Positions 20,948-33,695 of a DNA stretch of 64,000 nt are shown in pieces. The notes under the pieces are model-generated. The model ran no database searches. It was not told the origin of the DNA and was given only the letters and a program-made list of their open reading frames with translations. The stretch lies in NCBI RefSeq assembly GCF_050920415.1, contig NZ_CP169309.1. One strand, written 5' to 3'. This DNA comes from Escherichia coli. Its GTDB lineage: Bacteria > Pseudomonadota > Gammaproteobacteria > Enterobacterales > Enterobacteriaceae. Both the position numbers and the translations under genes were made by a program. Within the stretch, counting starts at the first letter, position 1; the number at the start of each line of letters is the position of its first letter.

Positions 20948-21451
20948 TTACGCAGTGCGGCGGAAATTGACCAGTTCTGGTTGCGCAATGCGCAAATAAT
21001 CCGCAGTTTTCAAAATAACGGATTTATTCAGCATGCCTGCATTAAAGGCGATTTCATCGAATCGCTCGAAGAGCAATGGGTCGGCGACCAGTTTGAGTTT
21101 TGGATGGAAGCTGAAAGGGGGGATCGCGCCGAAGACACAGCCTGTGAGTTCATCGACTTCCGCCGGGCTGGCCAACGAAGCGCGTAATCCGCCTATATGG
21201 CTGGCGAGTTGGCTCAGATCGGCCTGTTGATCGGCCGCGAGGATCGCCAGAACATGTTGATTTACACCATTGCCTTTGACTTTACATACCAGTGCCTTAG
21301 CCCCCTGGCCTAAAGCGGTGCCACGAATTTCTGACACCGCTTCACATTTACCTACCGCTTCATGGGTAACGACGCGGAAGTCAGCACCTTCTTGTGATAA
21401 TAAAGCGATTAACCGCTGATGCGTCACGCTTCCTTTAGCCATTTCAGTCAT
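20948..21451 (-). CDS. yeaK: YbaK/ProX-like aminoacyl-tRNA deacylase YeaK
   Basis: ORF track 167 aa. Confidence 0.85.
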   Translation of the reverse strand: MTEMAKGSVTHQRLIALLSQEGADFRVVTHEAVGKCEAVSEIRGTALGQGAKALVCKVKGNGVNQHVLAILAADQQADLSQLASHIGGLRASLASPAEVDELTGCVFGAIPPFSFHPKLKLVADPLLFERFDEIAFNAGMLNKSVILKTADYLRIAQPELVNFRRTA

Positions 21452-21493
21452 TTCATGCTCCTGAGATTACAAGCAAACAACCACAGAAGGTTA

Positions 21494-22984
21494 TCATGAA
21501 CGGCTGTTTTTGTTCTGCTTATTGACATATAAACGCTCATCGGAAGCTTTATATGCATCATGTAACGTATCGTTTTCTTTCATCGCGTAAATACCGGAAG
21601 AGAAGCCGATCTCTTTCTGAGGCGCGATATGTTGCAGACGTTTTTCGATACGTTCAGGCAGTTGTGCTGCAATTTGCGGCGTCGAATCGACAAGAATGAT
21701 GCAGAATTCATCGCCACCGAGTCGGATGGCATAATCACTTTTACGAATCGACTGTTTAATCGCCTGAGCTAATAACGTAATCGCTAAATCCCCCTCCTGA
21801 TGACCGAGGGTGTCATTTATTTGCTTTAACTTGTCCATGTCAATTGCAATAAACATCACCGAAGAACCGGATTGCACCAGTTTCTGCAACCGCTGCTCCA
21901 GTTCAGGGGTTAAAATTTTGCGATTATACAGTCCAGTCATCGCATCACTAATATTTTCTCGCGACACGTTTTGGTATAAACGGAAGTGCATCCGGACCAT
22001 ATTCAGCAAAATTAACGCCGTCAAAATCCAGAACAGAACGCTTTTCCACGAAGACGTGATAAAGTAAAGAATATCAATGGATAACGAGACACGAATACCG
22101 CCCGGTAAGTCATGGACGTAACTGACATACTGGAACAGATTATCTTCGCTCTGGTTGATGATAATGTCGCGCCCTGAATCTGTATCAGTTAGCGTGACAT
22201 TGAGAAAACGCCAGAGGAGAGGGCGGTCATGAGTGTAAAAGATATTCCGCAGATTGTTTTTGTTAATATCCAGCAGCACAATCCCTTTTAGCTGCCCTGC
22301 GACATATACCGGCGTCAGCAAACTCATCACGTTCTGTTTAGTACGCTGATCCTGGTAAATGCTCGATAATACGGTACGCCCGGTAAATACCTTTTCAATA
22401 TCTTTGCGATCGATGCCAATACTTCCTGACTGCAGGAAGGACCAGTTATTCATCGCAAAGTACTCAACATTAACCGGCTCATAAAAATAGACATAGCGGT
22501 CATTGAGATCGAGATAATAGTGAAATTTCTCTTCGGCCATTCCAAGACCTGAACCGTAATCATCCTGGTGGCGGTTGCCTTCCACTGCCTGATCAAAAGC
22601 GGGTAATAGTGCTGCAGCTTCCACAATTGTGTCGCAGTCAGTGGATGCGGTTTGTAGTGTGCCGCGTAAGCCCGGGTATTTATGGGCAGTCAGGTTTAAG
22701 CCATGGGTATTATTGGCAGACTCAAAAGCCTCGCAGATGGCGCGCCGCTGTTCTGGCGACACTTCCGACTGCTCAGCAGCGAGAGCGCGCATCACATGCG
22801 CGGCAATACTCTGATTCTGATACTTATCATAAAGAAAGGAGGAATCTGCTCTCTGCACGATATAGCGCAGATAGGCACTCATTGCTCTGTCGCTGGCGAC
22901 AAGTTCAAAAATAAGGAAGGAAGATGTCAGCACAATGACACTTGCGGCGATAAAATGCCGGAGCATTCTATGGTGCAATTTCAT
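21494..22984 (-). CDS. yeaJ: Membrane-anchored diguanylate cyclase (about 496 aa)
   Basis: ORF track 21494..23164; intact GGDEF (RLGGDEF); start trimmed to MKLHHRMLRHF. Confidence 0.85.
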   Translation of the reverse strand: MKLHHRMLRHFIAASVIVLTSSFLIFELVASDRAMSAYLRYIVQRADSSFLYDKYQNQSIAAHVMRALAAEQSEVSPEQRRAICEAFESANNTHGLNLTAHKYPGLRGTLQTASTDCDTIVEAAALLPAFDQAVEGNRHQDDYGSGLGMAEEKFHYYLDLNDRYVYFYEPVNVEYFAMNNWSFLQSGSIGIDRKDIEKVFTGRTVLSSIYQDQRTKQNVMSLLTPVYVAGQLKGIVLLDINKNNLRNIFYTHDRPLLWRFLNVTLTDTDSGRDIIINQSEDNLFQYVSYVHDLPGGIRVSLSIDILYFITSSWKSVLFWILTALILLNMVRMHFRLYQNVSRENISDAMTGLYNRKILTPELEQRLQKLVQSGSSVMFIAIDMDKLKQINDTLGHQEGDLAITLLAQAIKQSIRKSDYAIRLGGDEFCIILVDSTPQIAAQLPERIEKRLQHIAPQKEIGFSSGIYAMKENDTLHDAYKASDERLYVNKQNKNSRS

Positions 22985-23164
22985 GATAAATGGCACTCCT
23001 TCGGTTAGTGAAACGAGAAAACCAGATAAAGTTCGATTGCGGCCTGGCACAGGGGCGCTAATTATACTCATCTCTGCGCCGCTGGGGAGGGGAAATTTAG
23101 GGGTAATAGTAATAAATTGTATGCAAAAGCCACGCAAAAAGCATGGCTCTGAATATTTTTGCAC

Positions 23165-24640
23165 TTAAATATGATGAATAATCACTTTGTTGCCCCCCTC
23201 GCTTTTCGCTTCGCGTAAGGCTTTATCTGCTTCCGTCATGACAAGCGAGATATTACGCGTGTCACCCGTTGAAAAAACCGTGCCAATACTGATGGTCATT
23301 TGTTCAGGAACATCATATCTGTTACTAAAACCGGTCAGGAGTTCGACATTTTTACGCATACGTTCCGCAATGATTTTTGCCTGGGCACTATTGAGTTCGG
23401 TAAATAGCAAGCCAAACACCTCACCCTCCAGTCGCGCTAAAATATCATCGGGGCGGATGCTTTGCTGGATAATATCGACAATTGAAACCAGCACTTTATC
23501 ACCCACACGATGTCCCCATTGGGCATTGATGCGCTTGAACTGATTAATATCAACCAGCATGACACAAAAGTCCTTAACAACAGGTCGCGACAATAATGAC
23601 TCTACGCTGTTGAAAAAGTAGCGCCGATTATAAATATTGGTCAGTACATCATGAACTGCCAGTTTGCTGGAGAGTTGCAGTTCCTGAAAAATGTTATAAA
23701 TCAGAAAAGACACAACAAACAGTTTACTGGAAACTTCAATCCCGCGACTGATATACCAGATGGTGTAATTATACTCATCCAGAGTCAGTAGAAGTAAGTT
23801 GCAGCATAGCGATGCCAGACATAATAATGCTATTAACGGCCATAGTTCGCTGGCTAATCGTGTACGCATGATAATAAAGAACAGTAAAAATGCCCACAGA
23901 CAAACCAATATTTTTGTATAGTTGATTCCCCAGGTCGCAGTATGGTTGTCCGGACAGTAATCGACGACATACAAAGAATAGTCAGCGTTATAACTGCTCA
24001 GATTGTGTGCCAGAAGGGGAAAAAATAAAAAAGGAATCAGCGCCAGCAACAGAATGCCAGTTTTTTTCTTATTGTTGTCAAGGATGTTGTCTTTCCCATA
24101 ACAAAAGAGCGCCAGCGAGGTTAAACAAATGAAACTGAGTTGGCGGAAAATATAGAAAATAGAAACATCATTCGACTTTGTCTGGATCAGTGTACTGCCG
24201 TTGATTGGTTTATGGATAATTACAATGGTTTCAACTAAATAGATAAGGCCACTTAAAAATGCAAGGCTTAAAATGAGTGTTGGTAAAATTTGTTTGTTAG
24301 TGAAATACTTCATTAACATGAAAAGAAAAATGACGGCGTTAAGGAAAAACAAAGCCACAACAACCATCAGGTAATTCATCTGTGGGATGAGTTTTACATT
24401 CGTGTTTTCGTTATATAAGGTAGTAATGCAAAATAAAATTAACGTCAGCAATAAGCTGAAAATAAAAAAGCCTTGAGCTTTTAATTTTTGTGTACCCATA
24501 GAAGCCATAAAAAGGAGAGCAATGTGAGTGCTGGATTTTATTGATGGCAGAGATATATGGTTTTGACCAGGATCAATTTTCGTTGACGATAAAAAATAAT
24601 TAAAGAATAACCCCAGGGAAATACGTGTTGACCGAATCAT
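23165..24640 (-). CDS. yeaI: Multi-TM degenerate GGDEF-domain protein (motif EGEVF), likely catalytically inactive c-di-GMP effector
   Basis: ORF track 491 aa; GGDEF position reads RLEGEVFGLLF. Confidence 0.85.
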   Translation of the reverse strand: MIRSTRISLGLFFNYFLSSTKIDPGQNHISLPSIKSSTHIALLFMASMGTQKLKAQGFFIFSLLLTLILFCITTLYNENTNVKLIPQMNYLMVVVALFFLNAVIFLFMLMKYFTNKQILPTLILSLAFLSGLIYLVETIVIIHKPINGSTLIQTKSNDVSIFYIFRQLSFICLTSLALFCYGKDNILDNNKKKTGILLLALIPFLFFPLLAHNLSSYNADYSLYVVDYCPDNHTATWGINYTKILVCLWAFLLFFIIMRTRLASELWPLIALLCLASLCCNLLLLTLDEYNYTIWYISRGIEVSSKLFVVSFLIYNIFQELQLSSKLAVHDVLTNIYNRRYFFNSVESLLSRPVVKDFCVMLVDINQFKRINAQWGHRVGDKVLVSIVDIIQQSIRPDDILARLEGEVFGLLFTELNSAQAKIIAERMRKNVELLTGFSNRYDVPEQMTISIGTVFSTGDTRNISLVMTEADKALREAKSEGGNKVIIHHI

Positions 24641-24748
24641 TTTTCCGAATGATTGTTTTCTGAAACTAAATTGTGTAAAGGTTATGCTGTCATATTTAAA
24701 GCGATTGTAAGCTAATGTATGTAATAAATGAGATAATTTACAGTGAGC

Positions 24749-24781
24749 TAAAAATCAGCCAGGCGATAATGACCCGGCTGA
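24749..24781 (-). terminator. Rho-independent terminator downstream of yeaH
   Basis: GC-rich hairpin CAGCCGGGTCATTATCGCCTGGCTG followed by U-run on minus strand, immediately after yeaH stop. Confidence 0.65.
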
Positions 24782-24786
24782 CAGTT

Positions 24787-26082
<1,296 letters not shown>

Positions 26083-26182
26083 CTACATTTGCCAACTGTT
26101 TGCTACGCCTGTGTTGCCGCTTCTCTGGCCCACGGTTCGCTGTCGTTGTAGGCCCGGTAGCATGCGTACCGGGCCATGGTTG

Positions 26183-28117
26183 TTAAGACGATTTACGTAC
26201 GCGCAAATACCATTCGCACAGTAAACGCACCTGTTTACGGGTGTAGCCTTTTTCCATCATACGGTCGACAAAATCGTCGTGTTTCTTCTGCTCGTCGGTT
26301 GACGTTTTGGCGTTAAACGAAATAACTGGCAACAGCTCCTCGGTATTAGAGAACATTTTCTTCTCAATAACCGTGCGCAGTTTTTCATAGCTGGTCCAGT
26401 TCGGATTGCGTCCGCTGTTATTCGCTCTGGCGCGCAGTACGAAGTTGACAATCTCGTTGCGGAAATCTTTTGGATTACTGATCCCCGCCGGTTTCTCAAT
26501 TTTCTCCAGCTCAGCGTTGAGAGATTCGCGGTCAAATAGCTGCCCGGTATCCGGGTCGCGATACTCCTGATCCTGAATCCAGAAATCTGCATACGTGACA
26601 TAACGGTCAAAAATGTTTTGTCCATATTCAGAATAGGATTCAAGATACGCAGTCTGAATCTCTTTACCGATAAACTCAGCATATTTCGGAATCAAGTAAC
26701 CTTTCAGGAACTCGAGATAACGCTCAGCCTGCTCCTGAGGGAACTGCTCGCGCTCGATCTGCTGTTCCAGGACGTAGAACAGATGGACCGGGTTTGCCGC
26801 CACTTCTACATGATCGAAGTTGAACACGCGAGAGAGGATCTTAAACGCAAAACGCGTGGACAGACCGTTCATCCCTTCATCAACGCCTGCGTAGTCACGA
26901 TATTCCTGATACGACTTGGCTTTCGGATCGGTGTCTTTCAGACTTTCGCCATCATAAACCCGCATCTTCGAATAAATGCTGGAGTTTTCCGGCTCTTTCA
27001 GACGCGAAAGAATGGAAAAACGAGACAGCGTTTCCAGCGTGCCAGGTGCGCAGGGGGCGTGAGTCAGTTCACTGTGATTAAGCAATTTCTCGTAGATTTT
27101 GATCTCTTCGGAAATACGCAAGCAATATGGCACCTTCACGATATAAACACGATCGAGGAAGGCTTCGTTGTTCTTGTTATTACGGAAAGTGACCCATTCG
27201 GATTCGTTCGAATGGGCGAGAATAATCCCGTTAAACGGCAAGGCGGAGATACCTTCCGTCCCGTTGTAGTTACCTTCCTGAGTGGCGGTTAACAGGGGAT
27301 GCAGCACTTTAATCGGTGCTTTAAACATCTCGACAAACTCCATGATCCCCTGGTTGGCGCGGCATAGTGCACCGGAATATCCGTAGGCGTCTGGATCGTT
27401 CTGCGCGTAGTGTTCGAGTTTACGGATATCGACTTTCCCTACCAGCGCTGAGATGTCCTGGTTGTTCTCATCGCCAGGTTCCGTTTTGGCGATAGCAATT
27501 TGTTGCAGAATTGACGGCCAGACCTTTACCACCCGGAACTTAGTAATATCGCCACCAAATTCATGCAGGCGTTTTGCTGCCCACGGCGACATGATGGTGC
27601 CAAGATAGCGTCGAGGAATGCCATACTCTTTTTCCAGAATCTGCGCATCTTCTTGCGGATTGAAAAGACAGAACGGATGATCGTTGACCGGGCTCCGCTC
27701 ACCGTTAGCGCTTAATACATAGATCGGCACGAGCTGCATTAATGATTTCAGTCGCTCAGCAAGCGATGATTTACCCCCACCCACAGGCCCCAGCAGATAC
27801 AGGATTTGTTTCTTCTCCTCCAGCCCCTGAGCCGCGTGTTTCAGATAAGAGACAATCTGTTCAATCGCGTCTTCCATGCCGTAAAACTCTTCAAAGGCCG
27901 GGTAACGTGCAATGACCCGGTTAGAAAAGAGTCGAGAAAGTCTGGGTTCCTGGGCTGTATCGACCATGACAGGCTCACCGATAGCCATCAATAGCCGCTC
28001 AGCCGCGTTGGCATAAGCACTGCGATCTTGCCGACAAGTGGTAAGAAACTCCTGCAGTGTGAACTCTTCGTCCTTGGCAGCTTCATATCGCTGGCGATAG
28101 TGATCGAATATATTCAT
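26183..28117 (-). CDS. yeaG: PrkA-family serine protein kinase YeaG
   Basis: ORF track 644 aa; Walker A GPVGGGKSS; sigma54-type promoter upstream. Confidence 0.9.
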   Translation of the reverse strand: MNIFDHYRQRYEAAKDEEFTLQEFLTTCRQDRSAYANAAERLLMAIGEPVMVDTAQEPRLSRLFSNRVIARYPAFEEFYGMEDAIEQIVSYLKHAAQGLEEKKQILYLLGPVGGGKSSLAERLKSLMQLVPIYVLSANGERSPVNDHPFCLFNPQEDAQILEKEYGIPRRYLGTIMSPWAAKRLHEFGGDITKFRVVKVWPSILQQIAIAKTEPGDENNQDISALVGKVDIRKLEHYAQNDPDAYGYSGALCRANQGIMEFVEMFKAPIKVLHPLLTATQEGNYNGTEGISALPFNGIILAHSNESEWVTFRNNKNNEAFLDRVYIVKVPYCLRISEEIKIYEKLLNHSELTHAPCAPGTLETLSRFSILSRLKEPENSSIYSKMRVYDGESLKDTDPKAKSYQEYRDYAGVDEGMNGLSTRFAFKILSRVFNFDHVEVAANPVHLFYVLEQQIEREQFPQEQAERYLEFLKGYLIPKYAEFIGKEIQTAYLESYSEYGQNIFDRYVTYADFWIQDQEYRDPDTGQLFDRESLNAELEKIEKPAGISNPKDFRNEIVNFVLRARANNSGRNPNWTSYEKLRTVIEKKMFSNTEELLPVISFNAKTSTDEQKKHDDFVDRMMEKGYTRKQVRLLCEWYLRVRKSS

Positions 28118-28220
28118 GGTATGCCGTCCTTTCGTTTTTTAGCACAGGTTAAGAGCCGTTCATATGAATAGTAGAGGCTCCCGGAAGAGGTAAACTGAAC
28201 GACGTCTCTTGCTAAAACAC

Positions 28221-28236
28221 AGCAACTCTCATGCCA
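28221..28236 (-). promoter_or_regulatory. sigma54 (-24/-12) promoter TGGCATG-N4-TTGCT reading toward yeaG
   Basis: Reverse strand reads TGGCATGAGAGTTGCT, matching TGGCACG-N4-TTGCW; about 100 nt upstream of yeaG start. Confidence 0.55.
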
Positions 28237-28552
28237 TTTTATCGACGATGAGAACAACGTGCCCGGTGATACACCTTCAAAATTAAGCGTAGATGGCAAA
28301 TGGAAAACTTGCCTGCACGGCTTTCTTAATTTCAATGGCATATCAACAACTCATCCATAAAATTTGCATAATTAATGTAAAGACCAGGGTCGCCAGTAAC
28401 GCGTAATTCATTTGGCTGTAAGCGTGGTGTCATCTGCGTCAGGAAAATTAAACAGTTACTTTAAAAAATGAAAACGTAAAAAGGTTGGGTTTCGATGTAT
28501 TGACGGGTAAACTTTGTCGCCCGCTAAACATTTGTTTAAGGAATGATTAATT

Positions 28553-29299
28553 GTGACCAAACTCAAACTTCTGGCACTTGGAGTGCTTATCGCAACGTCT
28601 GCAGGCGTAGCGCACGCTGAAGGTAAATTTTCCCTGGGCGCAGGCGTAGGTGTCGTTGAACACCCATATAAAGATTACGATACCGATGTTTACCCAGTAC
28701 CGGTAATCAACTATGAAGGCGATAACTTCTGGTTCCGTGGCTTAGGTGGTGGTTACTACCTGTGGAATGACGCAACGGATAAACTTTCAATTACCGCTTA
28801 CTGGTCGCCGCTTTACTTCAAAGCTAAAGACAGTGGCGATCACCAAATGCGTCACCTGGATGACCGTAAGAGCACCATGATGGCTGGTCTGTCTTATGCT
28901 CACTTTACCCAGTACGGTTACCTGCGTACCACCCTGGCTGGCGATACCCTGGATAACAGCAACGGCATCGTCTGGGATATGGCCTGGTTGTATCGTTACA
29001 CCAACGGTGGCCTGACCGTGACTCCGGGTATTGGTGTGCAGTGGAACAGCGAAAACCAGAACGAATACTATTATGGCGTATCGCGCAAAGAGTCTGCGCG
29101 CAGCGGTCTGCGTGGCTATAACCCGAACGACAGCTGGAGCCCTTACCTGGAGCTAAGTGCCAGCTACAACTTCCTCGGTGACTGGAGTGTTTACGGTACC
29201 GCGCGCTACACCCGTCTGTCTGATGAAGTTACTGACAGCCCAATGGTGGATAAATCCTGGACTGGCCTGATTTCTACCGGGATCACCTACAAATTCTGA
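28553..29299 (+). CDS. mipA: MltA-interacting outer-membrane protein MipA, GTG start
   Basis: ORF track 248 aa; signal peptide, beta-barrel-like sequence ending in aromatic residue. Confidence 0.9.
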   Translation: MTKLKLLALGVLIATSAGVAHAEGKFSLGAGVGVVEHPYKDYDTDVYPVPVINYEGDNFWFRGLGGGYYLWNDATDKLSITAYWSPLYFKAKDSGDHQMRHLDDRKSTMMAGLSYAHFTQYGYLRTTLAGDTLDNSNGIVWDMAWLYRYTNGGLTVTPGIGVQWNSENQNEYYYGVSRKESARSGLRGYNPNDSWSPYLELSASYNFLGDWSVYGTARYTRLSDEVTDSPMVDKSWTGLISTGITYKF

Positions 29300-29330
29300 T
29301 AATGCATCTTTCCAGGGCATTTTGTGCATA

Positions 29331-29358
29331 AAAACAGGGCGTAACGCCCTGTTTTGCA
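29331..29358 (+). terminator. Rho-independent terminator of mipA
   Basis: ACAGGGCG-TAA-CGCCCTGT stem-loop followed by TTTTG. Confidence 0.75.
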
Positions 29359-29388
29359 TTACGGTGGTGCAATACCTGGGAGGAAACA

Positions 29389-30243
29389 ATGCAACAAAAA
29401 ATGATTCAATTTAGTGGCGATGTCGCACTGCCAGCCATAGGGCAGGGAACATGGTATATGGGCGAAGATGCCAGTCAGCGTAAAACAGAAGTTGCTGCAC
29501 TACGCGCGGGCATTGAACTCGGTTTAACCCTCATTGATACCGCCGAAATGTATGCCGATGGCGGTGCCGAAAAAGTGGTTGGGGAAGCATTAATCGGTCT
29601 GCGTGAGAACGTCTTTCTCGTCTCTAAAGTCTATCCGTGGAATGCTGGCGGGCAAAAAGCGATAAATGCATGCGAAGCCAGTTTACGCCGTCTCAATACT
29701 GATTATCTCGATCTCTACTTATTACACTGGTCTGGCAGTTTCGCTCTCGAAGAGACTGTCGCAGCGATGGAAAAATTGATCGCCCAGGGAAAAATCCGCC
29801 GCTGGGGCGTTTCTAACCTTGATTATGTCGATATGCAGGAACTCTGGCAGCTGCCGGGGGGAAATCAGTGTGCCACTAATCAGGTGCTTTACCATCTCGG
29901 TTCACGAGGGATTGAGTACGATTTACTTCCCTGGTGCCAGAAACAGCAGATGCCGGTGATGGCTTACAGTCCATTAGCCCAGGCCGGGCGGTTGCGCAAT
30001 GGACTGTTAAAAAATGCGGTAGTCAACGAAATTGCACATGCTCACAATATCAGTGCGGCACAAGTATTGTTGGCGTGGGTAATCAGCCATCAGGGTGTGA
30101 TGGCGATTCCAAAAGCGGCAACTGTCGCACATGTCCAACAAAATGCGGCTGTGCTTGAGGTTGAACTTTCGTCAGCGGAATTAGTTATGCTGGATAAAGC
30201 GTATCCGGCACCAAAAGGAAAAACTGCGCTGGATATGGTGTGA
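29389..30243 (+). CDS. yeaE: Aldo-keto reductase YeaE
   Basis: ORF track 284 aa; AKR family. Confidence 0.9.
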   Translation: MQQKMIQFSGDVALPAIGQGTWYMGEDASQRKTEVAALRAGIELGLTLIDTAEMYADGGAEKVVGEALIGLRENVFLVSKVYPWNAGGQKAINACEASLRRLNTDYLDLYLLHWSGSFALEETVAAMEKLIAQGKIRRWGVSNLDYVDMQELWQLPGGNQCATNQVLYHLGSRGIEYDLLPWCQKQQMPVMAYSPLAQAGRLRNGLLKNAVVNEIAHAHNISAAQVLLAWVISHQGVMAIPKAATVAHVQQNAAVLEVELSSAELVMLDKAYPAPKGKTALDMV

Positions 30244-30293
30244 TGTTGATACGTGCCGGATGCATCGCACCCGGCACACAATATTAACGCAAA

Positions 30294-31178
30294 TTAACGT
30301 TTCGCAACGCGAATGGATTGCGCCAGATGTGCAGGTTTCTCTTTGGTGACTTTTTGCGTTTCTGAAGCGTATGCCGTTTCTACACAAACAAAGGTCTTGT
30401 AGCCATCATCCGGCATATCGCCCATGCTAACTGAAAGCGCCGGTCCTGGGTTCCAGCCTACAACGTTCAGATGATGCTGGTGGCCTACGGCGATAATACG
30501 ATTCAGCGCTTCGTCATTAATTACGCTGCAATCTTGCGGATTCAGATACACGCGATCGGTACGGTCAGGGAAGGTCTGAATACCGTCGGTCAGTACATCT
30601 TCTTTCGCGTCATTTACTTTATCAATGAAGCGATCGCCTAGTCCACTGACGCTTACCTTAGCGATATCACCCACGTTAAAGTAGGTATGCAGAGCAGAGG
30701 TAGTTTCAAATTCGCCGTGTGCTTCAAGATCGATTTCACAGGTTTTACCCACGTGGAAATGCGCTAACAGCGTAAAGTCGTGCGGCCAGAATTTTTTCGT
30801 CTCTTCGCTTTGTGTCAATTCAAAAGTCAGCGCTACACCATCAGCATCTTCACGATGTGATTTCAGCGTCCACGGCAGGTTGCGGGCAAAACCGTGCGCA
30901 GGCAGACCTTGTTGTGCAGCCGGACCAAACCACGGCCAGCAAACCGGTATGCCACCGCGAATGGCGACGCCATTTTTGAACGGTGTGTTGTTACTCAACC
31001 ACAGAACTTCTTCTTCACCCGCAGGTTTCCACGAGAGAAGGTGTGCGCCCTGTAATGCAAAAGAGGCTTTTACCTGGGGATGATCGACCACAATGAGGTC
31101 CAGTTCATCCAGTTTACGACGGGAGAGGACAGGGGAGATTTGTTCGATGACCGGAAGGGCAAAAATTTTCTTAATCAT
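30294..31178 (-). CDS. yeaD: Glucose-6-phosphate 1-epimerase YeaD (about 294 aa)
   Basis: ORF track 30294..31199; aldose-1-epimerase-like; start trimmed to MIKKIFALP. Confidence 0.85.
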   Translation of the reverse strand: MIKKIFALPVIEQISPVLSRRKLDELDLIVVDHPQVKASFALQGAHLLSWKPAGEEEVLWLSNNTPFKNGVAIRGGIPVCWPWFGPAAQQGLPAHGFARNLPWTLKSHREDADGVALTFELTQSEETKKFWPHDFTLLAHFHVGKTCEIDLEAHGEFETTSALHTYFNVGDIAKVSVSGLGDRFIDKVNDAKEDVLTDGIQTFPDRTDRVYLNPQDCSVINDEALNRIIAVGHQHHLNVVGWNPGPALSVSMGDMPDDGYKTFVCVETAYASETQKVTKEKPAHLAQSIRVAKR

Positions 31179-31209
31179 GACGCAGTCCTTTAACTTCATT
31201 TTATCAGGT

Positions 31210-31240
31210 AAAAAAAAGAGCGACCGAAGTCGCTCTTTTT
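31210..31240 (-). terminator. Rho-independent (bidirectional) terminator downstream of gapA
   Basis: A-run, GAGCGAC-CGAA-GTCGCTC stem-loop, T-run. Confidence 0.8.
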
Positions 31241-31261
31241 AGATCACAGAGTCATCTCAAC

Positions 31262-32269
<1,008 letters not shown>

Positions 32270-32598
32270 CTATTTGTTAGTGAATAAAAGGTTGCCTGTA
32301 AAATTACAAAAACCTTACGCAGCGTCAAGCGGAATCGTGTCAATCATTGCGACAAATCAATCCTGTGCCTAAGCATTACGCGACTGACTCGCCTCACTCT
32401 TCCTTTGGGCTTGAGACCACATGGGGTCGGCGCCCCGAATTTTAAAGGGCAATTACGATAAAAATGTGATTTTCATCACGATTTAGGTGCAGCCATTTCG
32501 TCGAGATCAAGTTTAGGACAAAATTTTGCCAGTTGGTGTTAATGTTTTGTTAGAATCAGTCGCGTAATGTGAGCACGATTAAAGTGAGATGTGAGCAA

Positions 32599-33012
32599 AT
32601 GGCTAATAAACCTTCGGCAGAAGAACTGAAAAAAAATTTGTCCGAGATGCAGTTCTACGTGACGCAGAATCATGGGACAGAGCCGCCATTTACGGGTCGT
32701 TTACTGCATAACAAGCGTGACGGCGTATATCACTGTTTGATCTGCGATGCCCCGCTGTTTCATTCCCAAACCAAGTATGATTCCGGCTGTGGCTGGCCCA
32801 GTTTCTACGAACCGGTGAGTGAAGAATCCATTCGTTATATCAAAGACTTGTCACATGGAATGCAGCGCATAGAAATTCGTTGCGGTAACTGTGATGCCCA
32901 TCTGGGGCATGTCTTCCCCGACGGGCCGCAGCCAACGGGTGAACGTTATTGTGTTAACTCAGCCTCTTTACGCTTTACCGATGGCGAAAACGGCGAAGAA
33001 ATCAACGGTTGA
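32599..33012 (+). CDS. msrB: Peptide methionine sulfoxide reductase MsrB (137 aa)
   Basis: ORF track 32569..33012; start trimmed to [10 protein letters not shown]; zinc CxxC pairs and catalytic Cys. Confidence 0.9.
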
Positions 33013-33053
33013 AAAAACGATTCAGCAACTTATTCCACAGGAGCGGAAAAATT

Positions 33054-33326
33054 ATGAATCTTGATGACATTATCAACAGCATGACGCCTGAGGTATACCA
33101 GCGTTTGTCGACTGCTGTTGAACTGGGAAAATGGCCCGATGGCGTTGCGCTGACCGAGGAACAAAAAGAGAACTGCCTACAGCTGGTGATGCTGTGGCAA
33201 GCCCGCCATAATACCGAAGCTCAGCATATGACAATTGACACACATGGTCAGATGGTCATGAAGAGCAAACAGCAGTTAAAAGAAGATTTTGGTATCTCAG
33301 CAAAGCCTATTGCCATGTTTAAGTAA
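33054..33326 (+). CDS. yeaC: DUF1315 protein YeaC (about 90 aa)
   Basis: ORF track 33009..33326; start trimmed to MNLDDIINSM. Confidence 0.8.
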   Translation: MNLDDIINSMTPEVYQRLSTAVELGKWPDGVALTEEQKENCLQLVMLWQARHNTEAQHMTIDTHGQMVMKSKQQLKEDFGISAKPIAMFK

Positions 33327-33626
33327 GTGGTTTGTCCCCTTTTTGCCGCGGTTATAAAGGGGATAGCCAACAATAACCCCACGACTCATCTCAATTATCT
33401 CGCCCCGACCTGGCTAAGTCCCAGCCCGGTCTCTTGCAGTCGCGTTCACGCCTGAATGACTTCTCCTGAACTTAAGTCTCAGACCTATTTGGCCGGTAAT
33501 CCCTCTCAAATTTGCTCATTTTGCGTTCCACCTTCCATCACCCTGTAACAGACCCAGCCATTTTCTGCGTAATTGTGATCTGAGTTGTAAAACGCAGATC
33601 ATTATCTGTGTTTTAAAGATTTAATG

Positions 33627-33658
33627 TTGACCTCAAAAATCATGTGGGTAAGTATGAT
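33627..33658 (+). promoter_or_regulatory. Candidate sigma70 promoter for ydjL operon (TTGACC, about 17-nt spacer, AAGTAT/TATGAT)
   Basis: -35-like TTGACC at 33627-33632 and -10-like hexamers at 33650-33658; 40 nt upstream of ydjL ATG with GAGGA SD. Confidence 0.4.
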
Positions 33659-33695
33659 GGCCATCTAAGCAAAACAAAACACAGAGGATGACGCA

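Noticed and set aside
26257-27292. Two ORFs (141 aa minus strand, 224 aa plus strand) inside yeaG
   Set aside because: Nested within a well-supported 644-aa kinase gene; out-of-frame or antisense shadows
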